Positions 52,176 through 56,735 of a DNA stretch of 56,735 nt are shown here, piece by piece; positions within the stretch are counted from its first letter, which is position 1, and each line of letters begins with the position of its first letter. The DNA lies in NCBI GenBank assembly GCA_035945895.1, contig DASYZS010000001.1, positions 1 through 56,735 on the forward strand, in the 5' to 3' direction. Source of the DNA: Candidatus Dormiibacterota bacterium (GTDB lineage Bacteria; Chloroflexota; Dormibacteria; Dormibacterales; Dormibacteraceae). A program made the translations under genes and the position numbers. The notes under the pieces were generated by a model. It had not been told where the DNA came from. It saw only the letters and a program-made list of their open reading frames with translations, and ran no database searches.

Positions 52176-52707
52176 GGCGACCACCCCGGTCCCGCCCGCG
52201 CCAGAAGCGGTTTCGGAAACCGCGTCGGACAACGGCGCGAACGGTCAGCGCAAGTCGATAGACCTCGGTCCGAACGACAGGCTCGTCGGGCAGCTGTACA
52301 TCGAGGGCGACCTGCGCGTGACCGGAACCATCGAGGGTGCCGTGGAGGCGACCGGGGACATCGAGATCGCGGGCAGCGGGAAGGTGAGCGGGGCGGTGAC
52401 CGCCTACAACCGGCTGACGGTTGGCGGCGCCGCGTCTCTGATCGGTGAGGACGTGCGGATCGGACGCTTGACCGTCGAGGACGGCGCGACCTTCTCGGGG
52501 CGCGTGACGATGGGCAAGCACGAGGCCAGCGTGCCGGCCGCACCCAAGCCGGTGGCCGAACCGGCTGCGGCTGAGCCGGGCGCCGCTGAGCCGGCTGCCG
52601 CCGAGCCGGCTCCGACCGAGCCGGTCGCCAAGCCTGTCCCTGAGGCCGCAGACTTGATGAGCACGCCGCGCGCGAGCGTCGGCTGGACCAAGCGCCGGAA
52701 GAAGTAA
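52150..52707 (+). CDS. bactofilin with a Pro/Ala/Glu-rich repeat tail and a polybasic C-terminus
   Basis: TTG start overlaps the previous bactofilin gene by 26 nt. A DUF583 core is followed by the tail VPAAPKPVAEPAAAEPGAAEPAAAEPAPTEPVAKPVPE (52534-52641), ending in WTKRRKK. Confidence 0.85.
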   Translation: MSTRRPASRATTPVPPAPEAVSETASDNGANGQRKSIDLGPNDRLVGQLYIEGDLRVTGTIEGAVEATGDIEIAGSGKVSGAVTAYNRLTVGGAASLIGEDVRIGRLTVEDGATFSGRVTMGKHEASVPAAPKPVAEPAAAEPGAAEPAAAEPAPTEPVAKPVPEAADLMSTPRASVGWTKRRKK

Positions 52708-52730
52708 GTCCCTTTCGGGGCTACTTCTTC
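52698..52730. terminator. bidirectional hairpin between convergent genes
   Basis: GAAGAAGTAAGTCCC-TTTC-GGGGCTACTTCTTC forms a ~13-bp stem with one bulge. The arms contain both stop codons and the Lys-rich C-terminal codons of both genes. The flanking U-tracts are weak. Confidence 0.45.
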
Positions 52731-53092
52731 TTCGGTTTCTTGGCGGGCAGCATGCGCGCGTGCTCGAGGGCGCGCGTGATGAGCTCGCGTGGCGGCTTGC
52801 TCTGCCACGCGCCCGCGTAGACCACGTAGCCGCCCATCTTGTGACCGGCCACCGGCTCGAAGTCACGGCCGCCTGATTTCTTGACCTTGGCGATTTCCTC
52901 ATCGGGCAGACGCAGGATCAGGTCTTCGCCGTAGATTCCCATGAACATGTTGCCGTTCACGAAGCCAGACATCTGGCCGAACATCGGCTTGATGGTTATG
53001 CCTGGGCCGCCGGGAATCACCCGCGCAAGCGCCGCTTTCGTCGCCTCGCTCGGCTTGGGCATCTTCATCGTTCCGCGCGGCGCCGGGCTCAC
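52721..53092 (-). CDS. TfoX N-terminal-domain protein
   Basis: KPMFGQMSGFVNGNMFMGIYGEDLILRL matches the TfoX_N pattern. The start may be an internal ATG (MKMPKPSE). Confidence 0.75.
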   Translation of the reverse strand: MSPAPRGTMKMPKPSEATKAALARVIPGGPGITIKPMFGQMSGFVNGNMFMGIYGEDLILRLPDEEIAKVKKSGGRDFEPVAGHKMGGYVVYAGAWQSKPPRELITRALEHARMLPAKKPKKK

Positions 53093-53186
53093 GATGGGAT
53101 CGTAGTACGCCTCCTACCGCCGAGGAGACCAAAGATCGATCTGGCAGCTGACGACGGGCGCTGCCGGGCTCAATACCCTGGTCGGC

Positions 53187-53834
53187 ATGAAAAAACTGCT
53201 CTATGCGAGTGTCGCGGCTCCCCTTCTCTTCATCGTCACGTTCCTGGTCGAAGGCTTCGCCCGAGCCGGCTACAGCCAGTGGCGGCACTACGTGAGTCAG
53301 TTGGCGACCGGTCCCGGAGGTGGGGTGCAGGTGATCAACTTCCTGGTGTGCGGTGTGCTCGTGATCGTTGGCTCAGTCGGATTGCGAGCCGCTCTGCGCG
53401 GCACTCGCGGATCCGTTGGCGCGCCAATCCTGCTGGGCTTGTTCGGGTTGGCGCTGCTGGTGGCGGGGACGTTTTCGACCGATCCAGCTCTCGGCTATCC
53501 GGTCGGCGCTCCGCAGGTGCACACGTCCCACGGGCTCATCCACGGTCTCGCCGGTCTCGCCGCCTTCACGCTTCTGCCGGCGATGGCCTTCGTGATGGCC
53601 TGGCACTTTGCCAGGGCTCACGAGACTCGCTGGGTGTTCTACTCCGCAGCTGTGGGCGCGCTAATTCTCATGATGTTCGTCGCAATGAACACGACAGCGA
53701 CGCTGGACCAGGTCGGCAGGTGGCACAACGCGCCCACCGGATTTCTGCAGCGCATCGCCATCATCGCGGGCTGGACCTGGATCTCGATGATCTCCTGGCA
53801 TGAGTTGCGCGCGGATCAGCCCGCTGTCCCTTAA
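53187..53834 (+). CDS. DUF998-like integral membrane protein (paralogue of 3140-3832)
   Basis: 215 aa, six helices, with shared motifs (VSQLA..G, GLIHGLAGLAAF). Confidence 0.65.
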   Translation: MKKLLYASVAAPLLFIVTFLVEGFARAGYSQWRHYVSQLATGPGGGVQVINFLVCGVLVIVGSVGLRAALRGTRGSVGAPILLGLFGLALLVAGTFSTDPALGYPVGAPQVHTSHGLIHGLAGLAAFTLLPAMAFVMAWHFARAHETRWVFYSAAVGALILMMFVAMNTTATLDQVGRWHNAPTGFLQRIAIIAGWTWISMISWHELRADQPAVP

Positions 53835-53895
53835 TGCCGCAGAGGGGGCCGCATGCGCCCACGGCCCCCACGAGACCGCTACAAGCTATCTGGGA

Positions 53896-54795
53896 CTACG
53901 GGTAAGCGACTACGCACCCTCCCGCGCCGCCGTTGAAGGCGTTGCTCCACAGCGACTGCACGGCGAAGCTGCCGGTGGTCAGGGACACGTCGGCCGCAGC
54001 ACCCTGGCCGGAGCTGATCCACGCGCATTTGTCGCCGTTTTCCTCGCCGCGCCCGTCGAGCCATCCGCCGTTGGGGTAGGGGTCGGTGACGGTCTCGGCG
54101 TACTCGTGACCGCCGACGATCGAGAAGCCGTCAAAGGCGCCCTTCGACCCCGAGTTGACGAAGTTCATGCCGCAGGACGCCCCGGCGTCTGGTTGGTAGG
54201 GCATGTACGAGTAGGAGACGCCGCCGCTCGAGCTGTGGTAAGCGCACCACTGGGTGCCGAATCCGCTCTCCGAGTGTCCGCTCGGCGTGAAGACCATGTA
54301 GTTGGTGTTGGCCAGATTGCCGATCGTGTTCGCCGCTGCGGACGCCCGGGCGGCGATCTGGCTCTGCGTCGGGCTGGAAGGGACTGCCGTTCCGTCCAGG
54401 ACCACCGTCACGCTGCTGGCAGGGTTGCTCGGGTGGGTGCCGGACGCGCCGCATTGGGTGGTGCCAAATCCGACGCCCTGGCAGTACTGCGCCGTCGAGT
54501 TCGCCCAGGAGCTGCCGCCTACCCCGTTGAAGAATCCCTCGATGTACGACCTGGCGCCGCTGTAGCTGGACGTTGTCCAGTCACTGCCCCAGTACACGAT
54601 CACGACGCGCACCGACTGCTGGATGGCGCCGCCGTGGTAGAAGAGGTTGGAGCCCTTGCTCGGCTTGTTGCCGTGGGCCTTGTTGATCTTCATGTAGGTC
54701 GTCCCGGCCTGGTGGGCTTCCGCCGTTGTGACGGCGGCGGCGGTCAGGGTGAGGACGACGAGCAGCGAGAGACACAGCTGGAGCGATCGACGCAA
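53896..54795 (-). CDS. secreted Cys-containing protein of unknown function (HEYAE motif)
   Basis: TTG start with GGGAGGAA RBS. Signal peptide MRRSLQLCLSLLVVLTLTAAAVTTAEA, six Cys in the mature part, and GGHEYAETVTDP. The opposite-strand 370-aa ORF is rejected. Confidence 0.55.
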   Translation of the reverse strand: MRRSLQLCLSLLVVLTLTAAAVTTAEAHQAGTTYMKINKAHGNKPSKGSNLFYHGGAIQQSVRVVIVYWGSDWTTSSYSGARSYIEGFFNGVGGSSWANSTAQYCQGVGFGTTQCGASGTHPSNPASSVTVVLDGTAVPSSPTQSQIAARASAAANTIGNLANTNYMVFTPSGHSESGFGTQWCAYHSSSGGVSYSYMPYQPDAGASCGMNFVNSGSKGAFDGFSIVGGHEYAETVTDPYPNGGWLDGRGEENGDKCAWISSGQGAAADVSLTTGSFAVQSLWSNAFNGGAGGCVVAYP

Positions 54796-54908
54796 CTTGG
54801 ATTTCCTCCCTCTTCGCAGGTTCCTTCCGACGTGGGCGCGGTAGTTATAGCTAGACCAGGCTTAAGGCGTCAATCGTTATGGCAAAGTCGGGTTAGGATT
54901 CCCCGCCA

Positions 54909-55439
54909 GTGAGCGAGACAAAGTACCCCTCGCCGCCGAGCGACCCGCCGGTCGACCCGTTGTTCTCCCACGCCGCCTCGCCGTTCATCCGCACCGAGAC
55001 CCCAGCGCCGTTCGCCGAGCCCCCTGCGGGTCCGGTGCTCACGCCCATCTCGACCTGGACTCAATACAAGACCCAGATCACGTTCGCCTTCGCCGTCCTG
55101 GCCTTCTTGATGATCCTGGTCGGGTCGGTCACGGTCGTGCAGGCGAACGCCGCACTGTCTTGGCGGTATCTCATCGCGGCGGTGCCCGTAGCGCCGGCCG
55201 GGATCGTGATCTGGCTCTTCATGCGCGCGCTGGGACGGCTCAACGAAGTTCAAAAGCGTGTGCAGGTGCAGGCGTTTGGGTTCTCCATGGCCTCGACGGC
55301 GCTCCTGACGTTTGGCTACGGCTTCCTCGAGGGGATCGGTTGGCCACAGATGAACGGGACGCTGATCCTGCCCTTGATGGCGCTGCTCTGGGGGGTCGGG
55401 ATGATCGTGATCGGGCTGAGGTATCGCTTCCGCCGCTAG
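54909..55439 (+). CDS. hypothetical membrane protein (Pro-rich N-terminus, 4 helices)
   Basis: 176 aa, GTG start, high GC3. Confidence 0.5.
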   Translation: MSETKYPSPPSDPPVDPLFSHAASPFIRTETPAPFAEPPAGPVLTPISTWTQYKTQITFAFAVLAFLMILVGSVTVVQANAALSWRYLIAAVPVAPAGIVIWLFMRALGRLNEVQKRVQVQAFGFSMASTALLTFGYGFLEGIGWPQMNGTLILPLMALLWGVGMIVIGLRYRFRR

Positions 55440-55451
55440 ACTGACCCCGGT

Positions 55452-56642
55452 TTGGGGAGGCTGAGGGCGGCCCAGATCGCGTCGGGGTTGGTCGCCGTGG
55501 TCCTGGCAATTCTGGTGCTGATCGGCAGGCCGGTGTCGACTGGCGATCTTACGAAGTCAGCTGCCCCTAACCTCACGTTCCCGCCGGTCGAATCCACGTC
55601 TTCGCCGATGTCCGAGCTCGATGCCGACATCGGCGCCGTGATGGTGTTTTCGTGGTTCGGATCTCTTGACTGGTCTTCTGTCCGCCCTTATCTGGTCCAC
55701 GATCGGGTCGGCGGGGCGCTGCTCTTCACGTCGAACTTCGGCGGAACGCCGGCGGGCCTGAAGGAATGGTCCGATCGGCTGCTGTCGCTCGCTTCGAGCG
55801 AATGCCTGGAGCACCCGTTGCTGCTCATGACCGATGAAGAGGGCGGATCTGTGGCCAACATGAAGTCCTCGACCGCGCCGCCGTGGCCGCTGGAGATGGC
55901 CTCCTACGGCCCTTCTCGCGTGCACGACCTCGAAAAGCTGAATGGATTGGGCTTGCGCTCCGCGGGCGTGGGCCTGAACCTTGCGCCCGTTGCTGACGTG
56001 CGGACGAATTCGCTCGACGGAGTCATTGGCGCCCGTTCTTTTGGTTCGTCGCCATCGGTGGTGGCGCCACTGGTCGCCGCCGCGGTTTCAGGTCTGCATG
56101 ACGGCGGCGTTGGCGCGGTGCTGAAGCACTTCCCAGGTCTGGGCGGGGCGGCCGGCGATCCCCACGTAGCAATTCCGACGGATCGGACTTCGGAGGCGAC
56201 GTGGACTTCTGTCCAGCTTCCCGGCTTCGCCGCGGGCATCGCCGCCGGCGCCGATGCGGTGATGGTGACGGCGGTCTACGAACCCGGCCTGGACGGAGGC
56301 GCGATGCCGGCCATGTTCTCGCCTTCGCTGATCGGCCGGCTGCGGACGCAGCTCGGCTTCAGCGGCGTGATCATGGCGGATTCGTTGTCGATGGGTGGCA
56401 TCGGCGCGAAGTGGTCGCTGCCCGAAGCTGCTGTGCTCGCCCTGGCCGCCGGCAACGACATGCTGCTGCTGGGGAACGGTGATCCGGCTTACGAGTCCAC
56501 CGCGGTCGCGGCCGTGCGTGCCGCGGTCTTGTCAGGGCGCCTCGACCGAGCTCGTCTTCACGAATCTGCGATGCGTGTTAATGCGCTCCGGACCCGTTGG
56601 GGCAGGCGGCCGATGCCATGCCGCGCGCCCATCGCGGCGTGA
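55452..56642 (+). CDS. glycoside hydrolase family 3 N-terminal-domain protein (NagZ-like beta-N-acetylhexosaminidase), membrane-anchored
   Basis: KHFPGLGGAAGDPH and MADSLSMGGI motifs. N-terminal TM helix. Confidence 0.85.
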   Translation: MGRLRAAQIASGLVAVVLAILVLIGRPVSTGDLTKSAAPNLTFPPVESTSSPMSELDADIGAVMVFSWFGSLDWSSVRPYLVHDRVGGALLFTSNFGGTPAGLKEWSDRLLSLASSECLEHPLLLMTDEEGGSVANMKSSTAPPWPLEMASYGPSRVHDLEKLNGLGLRSAGVGLNLAPVADVRTNSLDGVIGARSFGSSPSVVAPLVAAAVSGLHDGGVGAVLKHFPGLGGAAGDPHVAIPTDRTSEATWTSVQLPGFAAGIAAGADAVMVTAVYEPGLDGGAMPAMFSPSLIGRLRTQLGFSGVIMADSLSMGGIGAKWSLPEAAVLALAAGNDMLLLGNGDPAYESTAVAAVRAAVLSGRLDRARLHESAMRVNALRTRWGRRPMPCRAPIAA

Positions 56643-56671
56643 TTGGCGGGTCGGGCTCCGGCGGGTAGAAT
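56643..56671 (+). promoter_or_regulatory. candidate sigma-70-type promoter for the tRNA-Gly gene
   Basis: TTGGCG (56643-56648), a 17-nt spacer, then TAGAAT (56666-56671). The tRNA 5' end is 16 nt downstream. Confidence 0.4.
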
Positions 56672-56686
56672 CGAACCTCTGTCCGA

Positions 56687-56735
56687 GCGGGAGTAGCTCA
56701 CTTGGTAGAGCGCGACCTTGCCAAGGTCGAGGTAG
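56687..56735 (+). tRNA. tRNA-Gly (anticodon GCC), 5' two thirds; truncated by the window end
   Basis: Acceptor 5' strand GCGGGAG, D arm GCTC-ACTTGGTA-GAGC, anticodon stem CGACC/GGTCG with loop TTGCCAA. Confidence 0.8.

Noticed and set aside
52534-52641. Short-period nucleotide repeat considered as a CRISPR or VNTR locus
   Set aside because: The period is 12-15 nt with no spacers, and it is in frame inside the bactofilin tail, encoding AEP repeats. It is not a CRISPR array. No CRISPR-like array was seen anywhere in the window.
53800-54912. 370-aa + strand ORF
   Set aside because: It is antisense to the secreted-protein gene, which has an RBS, a signal peptide and balanced composition. The + product is a Gly/Ala/Arg/Val shadow.
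56654-56680. GGTTCGATTC-like string on the minus strand suggesting a tRNA T-arm
   Set aside because: The flanking bases do not form a T stem or an acceptor stem. The TAGAAT within it fits better as the -10 box of a promoter for the downstream tRNA-Gly.

Overview
This is a 56.7-kb chromosomal segment from a high-G+C genome (about two thirds G+C by eye, not computed) with strong GC3 bias. Most long opposite-strand ORFs in the track are therefore antisense shadows. I support about 60 protein genes, three complete tRNAs (Val-GAC, Glu-UUC, Gly-UCC) and the 5' part of a fourth (Gly-GCC). The genes are tightly packed, with many 1-8-nt start/stop overlaps.

Main gene blocks:
- A VirB2-like/VirB6-like membrane pair lies at the left edge, next to a TetR regulator that carries an extra beta-repeat domain.
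- A TetR-controlled methyltransferase, DUF998 and MFS efflux unit follows, with two palindromic operators.
- LigD is split into a phosphoesterase+ligase gene and a polymerase gene, followed by NDH-2.
- An LppX/LprG-type lipoprotein is paired with an MFS transporter.
- A roughly 11.5-kb minus-strand array reads PucR-type regulator, fabF, acpP, fabH, fabD, fabG, accD, accA, dtd, EamA, Ser/Thr dehydratase, CBS/Zn-ribbon protein, aminotransferase.
- An adenosine-kinase-like, ABC-2 exporter and HIT operon sits divergent from an ANT(2'')-like nucleotidyltransferase.
- Two tandem UvrD-helicase/PD-(D/E)XK-nuclease genes resemble AdnAB/AddAB.
- Other genes include a GT39-like glycosyltransferase, a CoxL/XDH-type molybdopterin subunit, two aldehyde dehydrogenases, three bactofilin paralogues and a GH3 NagZ-like enzyme.

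Several features recall Actinomycetota: LprG-P55 synteny, a PucR regulator upstream of fab, an AdnAB-like pair, LmbE/DinB proteins and an Mtb-type adenosine kinase. However, accA/accD are of the E. coli type, so I do not assign a phylum.

I found no CRISPR array, rRNA, transposase or integrase.

The most unusual item is a structured intergenic element present twice inside the fab/acc operon (17181-17250 and 20607-20694). Other items worth checking:
- the TetR-beta-repeat fusion next to the T4SS-like genes
- the translationally coupled array from dtd to the aminotransferase
- the nucleoside-kinase/exporter/HIT cluster
- an MFS gene whose first transmembrane helix lies upstream of any canonical start codon

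I cannot show from sequence alone that any of these is a genuinely new system. All family calls come from reading motifs, not from database searches.
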